Below, one piece after another: positions 29,872 through 39,557 of a stretch of 64,000 bases of DNA. Below the pieces are notes generated by a model. It did not search any database. It saw nothing but the letters and a program-made list of their open reading frames with translations, and was not told where the DNA came from. How positions within the stretch are numbered: position 1 is the stretch's first letter; the number at the start of each line of letters is the position of its first letter. The stretch comes from Leptolyngbya sp. BL-A-14 (GTDB lineage: Bacteria; Cyanobacteriota; Cyanobacteriia; Leptolyngbyales; Leptolyngbyaceae): the NCBI GenBank assembly GCA_041937185.1, contig CP166621.1:2388571-2452570 (forward strand). Direction: 5' to 3'. The position numbers were made by a program, and so were the translations under genes.

Positions 29872-31794
29872 TTAACTAAGCACAGGGGCTTGTACCAGAT
29901 CTTCAAAGGTCGTTTGGCGTTCACGATCGAGTTCCTGTATCCGCTGTTCTTCCGCACAGATTTTTTTGTAGTAGAACTGGCCTAGTTCCGGTGTCGCAGC
30001 ACAGTCGGTTTTTTCCCACAGCGAAAGGAAGTGGCGACGGCGTTTTTCGCACATGACCTTTTCCATCGACGCTACAGCGGAACGGATCACGAGTGCCGAT
30101 CGCAGCACATCAATGTCCCCGGTTTCGTCGAGTTGAAACATGGCATAAATCTTGCGCATGTCGTTGGGGATGTCGGTGCAACGGTCTTGCAGCAGCGTCA
30201 TTAAATCGAGCGACGGATTGGCTTGAACATCAAACCCTTCATCTTTGAGGGCCAAAATTTGTCGCCACAGAAAGCGGTGGTGGGACAGGCTAAATTCCAG
30301 GTCACGAGCTTCCAACGCTTCGACGATCGCCTGCCGATGCAGCGGTTTGTGTAGATAAAGGCGCAGCAGTTGCCCTTCCGATTCTTCGAGCAAATCGCGT
30401 TCACTGCTGGTTTGCCACTTTTGCGATCGCCCATGCCACCGTTCGCCGCGCACCTGAAGCCGCAGATTATCTTCGAGTTGCCGCATCAAGCGACTGTTGC
30501 CCTGACTCAACAACTCAGCACACTTCTGAATGTAGTGGGTGCGCAGCATGGAGTTGGGCAGGTTGCCCAGCAGTTTGACGATCGCCTGCACGCTTTGCTG
30601 AAACTGGTCAGCCTGGTTGAGATCGTGCCCAGCGATCGCTTGCTGAATCTGCCAATCGAGCCAGAGCGGCGACTCATCCAACAACTGCTGGTAGTCGGCT
30701 GGCGTATTGGATTGGAGAAACTCGTCGGGATCTTTGCCCGTAGGAATGTTAAGAATGCGAAGTTGGACTTCGCCCTGATAGGCCAGTGCTGCCACTTCGC
30801 CGATCGCCCGTTCCGCTGCTTGAGTGCCCGCACGATCGGCATCAAAGTTAAAGACAATCCGCTTGGATTCGGTATAGCGCAACAGTTGACGCACCTGAGC
30901 GAGACTCAACGCTGTTCCCATTGATGCGACTACGTTGGTAATGCCTGCACTGTGGAGCGCAATCACGTCAAAATAACCTTCTACGACGACAGCTTGATCC
31001 TGTTTCGCGATCGCAGCTCGTGCTTTATCCAGCGCAAACAGAATGTTGCCTTTGTCGAAGAGTTCCGTTTCTGGTGAGTTGAGGTATTTGGGCTGTTCAT
31101 CCCCCAACGATCGTCCTCCGAAACCGACCACTCGCCCTTGCAGATCGTGAATTGGAATCATGAGGCGATCGCGAAATCGATCGTAATAGCTACCCGTTGC
31201 CCCTTTGCGCGGCACAATCAGCCCTGCTCGCTCCACCAGTTCCACAGGATAGTGCTTCTGCTCGACCAGGTAGCCAAACAGCGTTTCCCATCCGGCAGGC
31301 GCGTACCCCAATTGAAACTGCTGAATCGTCGTTGCGCTCAACTTTCGTTGCGTCGTCAGGTACTCTAAGGCGGCTTTCCCCTGGGGTTGGTTGAGGGCAT
31401 GTTCAAAAAAGCGTGCCGTCAGCGCCAAAATTTCGTGGAGTTGTTCTCGTACTGAAATCTGTCGCTGGAGTTCCTGTCGCTGCGCTGGCTCCAGCGTTTG
31501 TACCGAGACCTGATAGCGTTTTGCCAGATCCAGCACCACTTCGCTGAACGATCGCTTCCCTAACTCCATCAGGAACTTGATCGCGTTGCCTCCCGCACCA
31601 CAGCTAAAGCAGTAATAGAACTGCTTGCTGGGACTGACCGTAAAGCTAGGCGACTTGTCATCGTGAAAGGGACACAATCCCGTAAAGTCTTTCCCCAGCT
31701 TTCGTAGCACCACATGCTCAGACACCACGTCCACAATGTCTGCTCTCTGGCGGACTTGCTCGATCGTATCGGGGTGGAGGCGGGGGATGTCCAT
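29872..31794 (-). CDS. dnaG: DNA primase
   Basis: CPFHDDKSPSF zinc-binding domain, TOPRIM EGYFD, C-terminal helicase-interaction region. Confidence 0.93.
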   Translation of the reverse strand: MDIPRLHPDTIEQVRQRADIVDVVSEHVVLRKLGKDFTGLCPFHDDKSPSFTVSPSKQFYYCFSCGAGGNAIKFLMELGKRSFSEVVLDLAKRYQVSVQTLEPAQRQELQRQISVREQLHEILALTARFFEHALNQPQGKAALEYLTTQRKLSATTIQQFQLGYAPAGWETLFGYLVEQKHYPVELVERAGLIVPRKGATGSYYDRFRDRLMIPIHDLQGRVVGFGGRSLGDEQPKYLNSPETELFDKGNILFALDKARAAIAKQDQAVVVEGYFDVIALHSAGITNVVASMGTALSLAQVRQLLRYTESKRIVFNFDADRAGTQAAERAIGEVAALAYQGEVQLRILNIPTGKDPDEFLQSNTPADYQQLLDESPLWLDWQIQQAIAGHDLNQADQFQQSVQAIVKLLGNLPNSMLRTHYIQKCAELLSQGNSRLMRQLEDNLRLQVRGERWHGRSQKWQTSSERDLLEESEGQLLRLYLHKPLHRQAIVEALEARDLEFSLSHHRFLWRQILALKDEGFDVQANPSLDLMTLLQDRCTDIPNDMRKIYAMFQLDETGDIDVLRSALVIRSAVASMEKVMCEKRRRHFLSLWEKTDCAATPELGQFYYKKICAEEQRIQELDRERQTTFEDLVQAPVLS

Positions 31795-31892
31795 TGGAGA
31801 GGGGGTTAGGGTGTGGGGTGTAGGGTATAGGGAAATGAGGTCTACATATTGTCGCAAATTTGGTTAGGAATGAGCGGTGCCGCAATCAAAGC

Positions 31893-32399
31893 TCATGGTT
31901 TTGAGGGCTTGCCCTGGATCACTGGCAGGGCGCAAACTTTTTTAGCGACTTGAGCGGTAAACCCTTCTGCCGCTACTCCTGGTTGCGTTGGGTAAAGCTC
32001 TAGATTATCGGTTTGCCAGGTAGCGTCCATACCACCACCTTGCAAAGCGAGGGTACGCAGTGTGTTGGACTGGCAGTTGACCTGCAACAGACGAAACTGT
32101 AAGACCCCGCCGCATGCTGTACCGATCGCCCCCCGTGACACTTTTACCATGAGGATGCGATCGCTGCCGTACTGGTAGACATCATCTGGGTCGATGAAAT
32201 AACCGCAAGCCCCTCTCGAATCACCCAGTTCCAGGGTGTATTTCTGGTTGAGGTAGTCAAAGACGCTGTTATCTGGAAAAAAGCCGTTGCTGCCAGGAGC
32301 CGGAGCCGCATTGCCAGGTGTGCTGGTGAGGCACAGTGCCAGAGTGCCGAGAGCCCAGTAATGGAAGCGATCGTGTCTAGATTTCTGTTGTGTTGCCAT
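31893..32399 (-). CDS. Hypothetical secreted protein
   Basis: N-terminal signal peptide (LGTLALCLTSTPGNAAPA); 168 aa. Confidence 0.45.
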   Translation of the reverse strand: MATQQKSRHDRFHYWALGTLALCLTSTPGNAAPAPGSNGFFPDNSVFDYLNQKYTLELGDSRGACGYFIDPDDVYQYGSDRILMVKVSRGAIGTACGGVLQFRLLQVNCQSNTLRTLALQGGGMDATWQTDNLELYPTQPGVAAEGFTAQVAKKVCALPVIQGKPSKP

Positions 32400-32718
32400 T
32401 GCCCATTTCCCTCCTGCACCAAAACCGATGCAAATATTACAAGAAGCGCAGATCTGGATTCAAGCTGGGCGATCGCCGTTCCAGTTTTTGCCTTGCGAAA
32501 AACCTGATCGATCGTGCAATGCGAAGCGCTCTTGAAGCTCCCCGCGTTAAACCCTTCTGGAGGGGGTTTGGGGGACGCAGCCGTCCCTCAAATTCGGGGG
32601 GTTCGGGGGGCAGCCCCCCGATGACCGGATTCCCAGTATTACCCGCATCCACCCCATTCCCTTTGCACACCCAAAAAATTGAGCTACGTTCGAGGCAGCG
32701 ATCGCAGGAAAACAGGCC

Positions 32719-35619
32719 ATGCTGACCAAACTCTGGACGTTTCTGAACACCGACATTCAGGACTTGAACTGGAAACAGGCTGGAGAGATGACCAAAACCG
32801 GAACCGATGCCGCCAAAGCGGTGTTTGACCTGGCAAAAACGGTCAAAGAGCAGCAGCCCAAAGTCGAAACCCTGAAGCCCTACATCGGGCAGATTTCCTC
32901 CTTGCTGGATGTGCTGAACGCGCCCTTTGGGCAAATTGTCAAAGACACCATTCCCTTTGCGCCCCTTGCCATCACCATTCTGAAGCTGGTGTGTGACGTT
33001 ACCCACAAGGAGCCGAGCCTAGAGCAGTGCGTTGCCCTAGTGAGTCAGGTCGCCTACCTGGAAAGTTTGCAGGTCATCCTGAAGGGAACGCCCGATCTCC
33101 TAACTCGCCTGGGTGAAGTCCCTGTCTCAGAAGCGATCGCCCTGCAAATCAGGAAGTTAGGCGACCTGGAAATCGACGATCGGGATGCTCGCAAAGCCAT
33201 CCTTTACTTTCACGAATCGAAGCTAGCGACTGCGTTTAACGAGGTTCTTAAAGCACGATTGGAGCAAGCTGGACTGGAACCAGCGGAAGCCCAAACGCTC
33301 ACCGATCGCGTGGCGCGTAAGACCGATGAATATATGCCGCCTGCATTGGCTCAGGTGGGCGACGGGGTTAAACGCTTGGTGGAGTGGTATCGCCTGGGTG
33401 GGCGCGAGGTGCTGGAAAAATATCTCAGCATCGATGATTATCTGACGCAGCAAATTCAGACGCGCCCGCTGGAAAAGGTCTTTGCGGAGAACTTCACCTT
33501 CCGCGATATCTACGTGCCGTTAAAGGCCCAGTTCATTCAGCGTAATGGGGAAGCGGACAAGGACAAAGAGCCCGTTCAGCTAGAGCAGTGGGCGAAGGAC
33601 TTGCTGAATGATGACCAGAAGCGCGATCGCGTCATGTTCATTCAGGGTGGCCCTGGACGCGGGAAAAGCGTGTTTTGCCGCATGTTTGCCGACTGGGTGC
33701 GGCAGCACGAACATCCCCGCTGGACACCCATTCTCATTCGCCTGCGCGACATCCGCACGTTAGAAAAGGACTTTGAGGAAACCCTGCGAAAAGCCGTCGA
33801 TCGCGACTTTGCCCGTAATGATCCGGGCTGGTTGACTGATCGCAACATTCGCCTTCTATTTCTGCTGGATGGCTTTGATGAACTGCTGATGGAAGGCAGA
33901 ACCAGCGGTGGGCTGGAAGAGTTTCTCAAACAGGTGGGGCGCTTTCAGGAAAGCTGCAAGGACAACGCCGAGAAGGGACATCGGGTGCTGATTACGGGGC
34001 GATCGCTCTCCCTCCAGAGCATCGAACGTCTCATGCCCGCTAACCTGGAGCGCGTCGAAATTTTACCGATGGATGACGCGCTGCAAGAACAGTGGTTTAC
34101 CCAATGGGGCAAATTGATCAACGCCGATCCAGTGCATCTCAAGGCGATTTTGCAGGATGAACGCTTACCCGATCGCGTACGAGAACTGGCGCGAGAACCG
34201 TTACTGCTTTACCTCCTTGCCGCCATGCACCGCGATGGTGAATTCAAGCTGGAGATGTTTGAAGGTGCCAGTAGCGCCCAAGCAAAGGTTCTCATTTATG
34301 AGCGCACTCTGGATTGGGTATTAAATACTCAGCGCACCGACGGGCTAAATCAGAAAATCACTGAATTCCAACCGGAAAGTCTACGCCGCATTCTGGCAGA
34401 AGCCGGATTGTGTGTTGTGCAGTCTGGTGGCGAGTACGCTCCTATCAAAATGATTGAAAACCGTTTGAAAGGAGATGAAAAAGCAAAAGAACTGCTTGAG
34501 AACGCACGAGAACGCCTTGAAGGTGATCCTGATGATCCGCTCCGTAATGCCTTAGCCGCATTTTATCTCCAGCCTGGACGTGCGGACAGCGGTTCGGTTG
34601 AATTTGCTCACAAGAGCTTTGGTGAATTTCTCTGCGCCGAACGCCTCAAGGAAGCAATACTCGACTGGACAAACCGCATTCAGGAACGTCGAGGCGAGAA
34701 AGATCAGGTTTCAACCGACAAAATGGACGGACAAATTTATGATCTTCTGGGGTACGGCGGACTAACCCCTGAGATTGTTGAGTACCTGATGGCATTATTA
34801 GACCAAAGCCCTGAATTTGATCCGGTGCGTCTGTTTCAACGACTGGAAGACTTCTATCTCCGTTGGTGCGATGGAGAATTTATTGATGCCGATCCGCCGA
34901 CGTTACCACAGCAAACGATGCGGATGCTAAAGGAGCAACTGCCCAATCGAGAGAAACCGCTAGGACAGCGACAAGTCGATGTTTACACTGGACTCAACGT
35001 GATGATTCTGCTGTTGGAATTACATCGTTATGCTCAGAAACGAGACGACTTGAAGGATCAAATCGTCTTTTATCCAAGTGGAAACGTTTCCGGGAAAGTA
35101 AGCTCCCCATTTCAATTATTGAAAGTCATTCATTACAGCGATTGCCTTGGGCTTGCAACCTTTACTGACACCACTGGCTGGTTTCTTTCCAGTGCCAACC
35201 TCTTCCGTGCTAACCTTTCCAGTGCCGACCTCTCCAGCGCTAATTTCTTCCTCGCCAACCTTTCCAGTGCCAATCTCTCCAACGCCAATCTCTCCAACGC
35301 CAATCTCTCCTACACCTACCTCTCCAGTAATCTCTCTAACGCCAATCTCTCTGGGGCTAGCCTTTTCCAAGCCTACCTTGGCACCGCTGATCTAACTCGT
35401 GCCAACCTCTTCCGTGCTAACCTTTCCAGTGCCAAATGTTTTCTCACCAATCTCTCTAGTGCTAACCTCTCCAGCACCAATCTTAGAGGGGCTGATTTAA
35501 GGTGTGCCGACCTCCAAGATATTTTCTGGGATGAGGATACGAACTGGGAGGGTGTGCAAGGGTTAGAGACAGCGGTGAATGTGCCGGAGGCGCTGAAGCG
35601 GCAGTTGGGGATGGAGTGA
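32719..35619 (+). CDS. STAND NTPase: helical N-terminal domain, NACHT core, C-terminal pentapeptide-repeat sensor
   Basis: Walker A FIQGGPGRGKSVFC, Walker B LLFLLDGFDEL, and C-terminal runs of A(N/D)LSxA pentapeptides (SANLFRANLSSADLSSANFFLANLSSANLSNANLSNANLS). Confidence 0.8.
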   Translation: MLTKLWTFLNTDIQDLNWKQAGEMTKTGTDAAKAVFDLAKTVKEQQPKVETLKPYIGQISSLLDVLNAPFGQIVKDTIPFAPLAITILKLVCDVTHKEPSLEQCVALVSQVAYLESLQVILKGTPDLLTRLGEVPVSEAIALQIRKLGDLEIDDRDARKAILYFHESKLATAFNEVLKARLEQAGLEPAEAQTLTDRVARKTDEYMPPALAQVGDGVKRLVEWYRLGGREVLEKYLSIDDYLTQQIQTRPLEKVFAENFTFRDIYVPLKAQFIQRNGEADKDKEPVQLEQWAKDLLNDDQKRDRVMFIQGGPGRGKSVFCRMFADWVRQHEHPRWTPILIRLRDIRTLEKDFEETLRKAVDRDFARNDPGWLTDRNIRLLFLLDGFDELLMEGRTSGGLEEFLKQVGRFQESCKDNAEKGHRVLITGRSLSLQSIERLMPANLERVEILPMDDALQEQWFTQWGKLINADPVHLKAILQDERLPDRVRELAREPLLLYLLAAMHRDGEFKLEMFEGASSAQAKVLIYERTLDWVLNTQRTDGLNQKITEFQPESLRRILAEAGLCVVQSGGEYAPIKMIENRLKGDEKAKELLENARERLEGDPDDPLRNALAAFYLQPGRADSGSVEFAHKSFGEFLCAERLKEAILDWTNRIQERRGEKDQVSTDKMDGQIYDLLGYGGLTPEIVEYLMALLDQSPEFDPVRLFQRLEDFYLRWCDGEFIDADPPTLPQQTMRMLKEQLPNREKPLGQRQVDVYTGLNVMILLLELHRYAQKRDDLKDQIVFYPSGNVSGKVSSPFQLLKVIHYSDCLGLATFTDTTGWFLSSANLFRANLSSADLSSANFFLANLSSANLSNANLSNANLSYTYLSSNLSNANLSGASLFQAYLGTADLTRANLFRANLSSAKCFLTNLSSANLSSTNLRGADLRCADLQDIFWDEDTNWEGVQGLETAVNVPEALKRQLGME

Positions 35620-35719
35620 GGAGCAGAAGTCAGAGCTTAGGAGTCAGAAGCAGGGGAGGCAGAGGGAGCGGGGGAAGATGCGGGGGAAGGAAGAAATGAA
35701 AATTAACTGATGAAGGTTG

Positions 35720-36088
35720 TCAAGAGCGGGTACCGTCTTCACCATCGAATTCTGCAATGACGGCTCTGATTTCTGCTGCTGCAACATCCACTTGGTCAGA
35801 TTTTGAGTAAATCAGCAGTAGCAAGACATTGGATGGTGATTCAACCTGATACAGCAGTCGATAACCTGCACTTGTGCCTTTCTGAATATCACTGTTTTTG
35901 ATCCGAACTTTGAATACGGTGTATCCAGTTCCAGGTATGCGATCGCCAGGAAAATTTCCAGTTTCAAGCTGTTGAATCACAGGTTGAATATCGGTTTGAA
36001 TCTGACGGTAGCGTTTAGCTAAAGCACGAACCTGCCGCAGAAAGTCATCGGTAAAACGAACCTGCACAGTTGGTTGGTCATTCGGCAT
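35720..36088 (-). CDS. RelE/ParE-family type II toxin
   Basis: GYTVFKVRIKN...SAGYRLLY...LLLLIYSKSDQ matches the RelE/ParE fold consensus. Start placed at MPNDQ; ORF opens at 36139. Confidence 0.65.
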   Translation of the reverse strand: MPNDQPTVQVRFTDDFLRQVRALAKRYRQIQTDIQPVIQQLETGNFPGDRIPGTGYTVFKVRIKNSDIQKGTSAGYRLLYQVESPSNVLLLLIYSKSDQVDVAAAEIRAVIAEFDGEDGTRS

Positions 36089-36323
36089 CAACGCTGTTCC
36101 ACAACTCTGAGACAGGACGAGTTCTACCAGCTTTGGCATCCTGCAAAGATTGACGTAAGCTCTCTAATATTTTCGCTTTCGGTTCATCGTCCTCATCCTG
36201 CTCGACGCTATCAGGAACCAACACAATCACCTCAACTCGGCTGTTCTGGTCAACCATTAACGGCGTATCTAACGCCAACTGTCCCTGCTGATCAACCGTT
36301 GCCATCACTTTAATCGCTTTCAT
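36078..36323 (-). CDS. Cognate antitoxin (AbrB/MazE-like N-terminus)
   Basis: 81-aa acidic protein immediately upstream of, and overlapping, the toxin. C-terminal ...AKAGRTRPVSELW resembles antitoxin tails. Confidence 0.55.
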   Translation of the reverse strand: MKAIKVMATVDQQGQLALDTPLMVDQNSRVEVIVLVPDSVEQDEDDEPKAKILESLRQSLQDAKAGRTRPVSELWNSVDAE

Positions 36324-36775
36324 CGGTTCTCTCGATCACGCCATTATGGAACAAATGCAAAACAAGATAGTTACTCTTCACCGTTCTCTCAACACACTTA
36401 GGGCAGCACCGCTCCGGTTTGCTGACGTGCTACAACAGCTTGATCAATCCTACTCCTTACTGAAGCCAAGGTTGGGTTAGCAGATGAAGCAGAGGGAGCA
36501 AGGGGAGAGGAGGGGAAAGGGTAGAAGGTTGAGTTAAGGACGTTTCGAGCAGACGAGAAAAACGTCACCCAACAAAACCCGATCGAGGGTTGGGTTGAAC
36601 AGAGTGAAATCTAACCGAAAAAAAAGCTTTGTCAGTCAATCAGCTTAGCTATCCTAATTCGATGAGTTTTGCTTTTGCTTTCTCTACAAACATTCGTTCG
36701 CAGGTAAACACAAACGCAGCGATCGCTCCGGAGGACGATTGCATTCAGAATCATGAAAACTTAAATGGGGCTACC

Positions 36776-37090
36776 CTACTCCGACTGTCGGGTTGAAACC
36801 CGATGCAGCGGCAAACTTAAAACACAGGCCGCCGTCAATAAATAAGCAAGAATGCCCGTTAGCTTTACGCTCCACAGCAGCACTTCCCATTGAGGCAAAA
36901 TCAAATGCTGCAAGCCAGTGGTAACACAGTAAACGAGCCAGTAGGTGAACGTCATCAACATCAGCACACGATCGGTAATCTCCCAGTCGCTCTCGTAGTC
37001 TGAACTACCGCTGAAGAGAAGTGCGATGCCAGCGATCGCCGCGAAGAATGAAAGAAGTGTTAAATAATCGTGCCAAGAAAAATGTGGCAT
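36776..37090 (-). CDS. Hypothetical small membrane protein
   Basis: 104 aa with three predicted TM helices. Confidence 0.4.
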   Translation of the reverse strand: MPHFSWHDYLTLLSFFAAIAGIALLFSGSSDYESDWEITDRVLMLMTFTYWLVYCVTTGLQHLILPQWEVLLWSVKLTGILAYLLTAACVLSLPLHRVSTRQSE

Positions 37091-37327
37091 TTGCTTACCT
37101 AAGACGCTTAAAGCTCACAATGGACATTAGTCTAAAGGAAGAGTGTCCTGAGATACAGCAATCCTTACAAAGAGCAATAATTCAATCATTAAGCCTTTGA
37201 AAAACGAAAAAATGCCTAGCGACAGCCTCGTCTCACTGAGTAGACTCAACGTCCTTTTAGTCATAAAGCGGTCAGGTCATTTGTCAGGAGATAATAGTTG
37301 AGCATTGTACAAGCTAGGGGTTGACCA

Positions 37328-38203
37328 GTGGGAACTTCTGTAAGTGTTTTGCCACCCTTTGTAATGTTGGATCAACTGCTAGAAGGTTGGTTGATGGAAG
37401 ATATTGGGCGAGGCGATCGCACGACCAATCCTCTTTTTCCCAACCAGGCTCCAACTGGTAGAGCGGAGTGGATTGCAAAAGAACCGGGCGTAATTGCAGG
37501 ACTGCCGATCGCGGCTAGAGTCTTTAAGCTTTTGAATCAGCAGGTTGACTTTGATGCAAAGGTGGCTGAGGGCGAAACGGTGCAAAAGGGACAGTTGATC
37601 GCCATCATTGCAGGCCCCCTAAACGCACTGCTTACAGGTGAGCGGGTGGCTCTAAACCTGGCAATGCGCTTGAGCGGTATTGCCACCTTTACTCGAAAAT
37701 ATGTTGAGCAAATAGCAGATTTACCGACACGTTTGGTAGATACGCGCAAGACTACTCCAGGGCTACGCGTGCTAGAGAAGTATGCGACTCAGGTGGGAGG
37801 CGCGATAAACCACCGCATGGGTTTGGATGACGGCGTGATGATTAAGGATAATCACATTGCGGCGGCGGGAGGCATTGGAGCCGCGATCGCGCTGATTCGC
37901 CCCGCCATGCCGTACCCGCTTACGATCGAAGTAGAAACGGAGAGTTTAGAGCAGGTCAATGAGGCGCTACAACATGGGGCAGATATCATCATGCTCGATA
38001 ATATGTCGCTAGAGATGATGAAACAGGCGGTCGCTTTGATTCGGCAAAAAAACGATCGCATCAAAATTGAAGCGTCTGGCAATATCACGTTAGAGACGCT
38101 TCGATCGGTTGCCGAAACAGGGGTGGACTATATTTCGAGCAGTGCACCCATCACGCGATCAACGTGGTTAGATCTAAGCATGAGGCTAATAAATTCGGTC
38201 TAA
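37328..38203 (+). CDS. nadC: Nicotinate-nucleotide diphosphorylase (quinolinate phosphoribosyltransferase)
   Basis: DTRKTTPGLR, IKDNHIAAAG and LDNMS motifs. Confidence 0.92.
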   Translation: MGTSVSVLPPFVMLDQLLEGWLMEDIGRGDRTTNPLFPNQAPTGRAEWIAKEPGVIAGLPIAARVFKLLNQQVDFDAKVAEGETVQKGQLIAIIAGPLNALLTGERVALNLAMRLSGIATFTRKYVEQIADLPTRLVDTRKTTPGLRVLEKYATQVGGAINHRMGLDDGVMIKDNHIAAAGGIGAAIALIRPAMPYPLTIEVETESLEQVNEALQHGADIIMLDNMSLEMMKQAVALIRQKNDRIKIEASGNITLETLRSVAETGVDYISSSAPITRSTWLDLSMRLINSV

Positions 38204-38211
38204 GTTGTAGC

Positions 38212-39066
38212 TTACAAACCCATTGGTAGACCTGTCGGTTTACCTTTAAGGCTTGTAACAATTCTCCCCCATCCCGCTTCACCGCCTTGATCCCAAAAGA
38301 TACGCTGCATGGTGTCGTAGCTGTAGGGATCAAACGCGCCACCAATACCAATGTCGTAATTGTCGCTGGCTCCGTGGCGCGTGCCGTAGGGATCATGGAC
38401 GAGCCAGACTTTATTAGCAGGATCGTGCCCAACGATAATGCAGATGTGTCCAGAATACTTATAGGCAAAGCCAGCAATCACGGGAATACCTGCATTAAGA
38501 GATTGCAGAACATCTTTTGCGGAAAGCGTGTAGCTGAAATAGGATTCGATCCCTAATTCTTTCAATGCTTTCGTTTGAGCATCGTGGTCAGTGGTATCGC
38601 CATACTTTGCTACGACTCGCATATAGACGGATTCTGGCTCTGGAAGCCGTTGGTCTTTGGCTTTGTTTGTCAATTCACCCTTAAGCAAATAGTTTGCCAG
38701 CATCGTGTTGCTGGTGGTGTTGCATTGCCGCCAGTCATACCAGATTTGCCCATCTCTCACAATTTGTTCATTCCCTAATTGGCTGGCATAGGTAACGTTT
38801 AATTTGATGAGTTTGGGAGCATCGTCACCTTCAATCTGAATGTGCGGTTCGTAAGCGTAGACAGCCTGTAGTTTTGTGGCACTATCTTTAGCCGTTAACG
38901 GAGAGGCTGGTTTGAGAAAAACATGTTGGTTGCGATCGGGGGCTACCTCAGTCACCAAAAAATCACTGCCTTTTGTGACGAAAATCTTTTCAGCATCCGC
39001 TAAGTCGGCTGCACCCAAAACTCGCTTTTTGAGAAAGGTGTCGGCTTTGATGATTACTTTTGGCAT
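38212..39066 (-). CDS. C39-like papain-fold peptidase domain protein
   Basis: WRQCNTTSNTMLANYL (Q...C nucleophile region), GHICIIVGHD and VHDP (His/Asp). The N-terminal approx 120 aa have no recognisable family. Confidence 0.5.
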   Translation of the reverse strand: MPKVIIKADTFLKKRVLGAADLADAEKIFVTKGSDFLVTEVAPDRNQHVFLKPASPLTAKDSATKLQAVYAYEPHIQIEGDDAPKLIKLNVTYASQLGNEQIVRDGQIWYDWRQCNTTSNTMLANYLLKGELTNKAKDQRLPEPESVYMRVVAKYGDTTDHDAQTKALKELGIESYFSYTLSAKDVLQSLNAGIPVIAGFAYKYSGHICIIVGHDPANKVWLVHDPYGTRHGASDNYDIGIGGAFDPYSYDTMQRIFWDQGGEAGWGRIVTSLKGKPTGLPMGL

Positions 39067-39557
39067 GATGATAGACCTTCGATAGACTCATTTAGTTGTC
39101 ACAGTGACCGCTCGCAAGCATTGAACACACAGCCCTTACAGTGGGTTAAAGGCTGGGTTGAAGCAACGCAACCCATTTGCAATGGTTCGTACAGTGTGGT
39201 TGCCCTGTTGAAAAGCGTGATCAGGTTCGCGTGCATCTTCCTCTAAAGTATCAGGAAGTGACTTTTAATCGTTGTGGGGAGCTTAACGTTTAAGTGCTTG
39301 ATACGTTCATATCAGGTCAAGCTTAGTAAACAGCGATCGCTCGTTTAAAGTTCCCTGGTTTGCCTGCGAAACAACAATAAAGGTTTCGCTTTCCACGCAC
39401 CGGTAATTGCGGTGGCTGATATCCAAGTCATTCTCCGATGAAGAGAACCGGGCAAATTATTGGCGGAAAATGAGATTAGATGCTGCGATTGAGGGTACAA
39501 GCAGAGTACGCTGAGGAAAGATTGCTACGTTGGTGCTTAGACTCTGTTGCCTTTGCT

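Noticed and set aside
35116-35395. Two ORFs (84 aa and 82 aa) with TSP/GEIGV repeats
   Set aside because: They are alternative-frame or antisense translations of the pentapeptide-repeat coding region of the NACHT gene.
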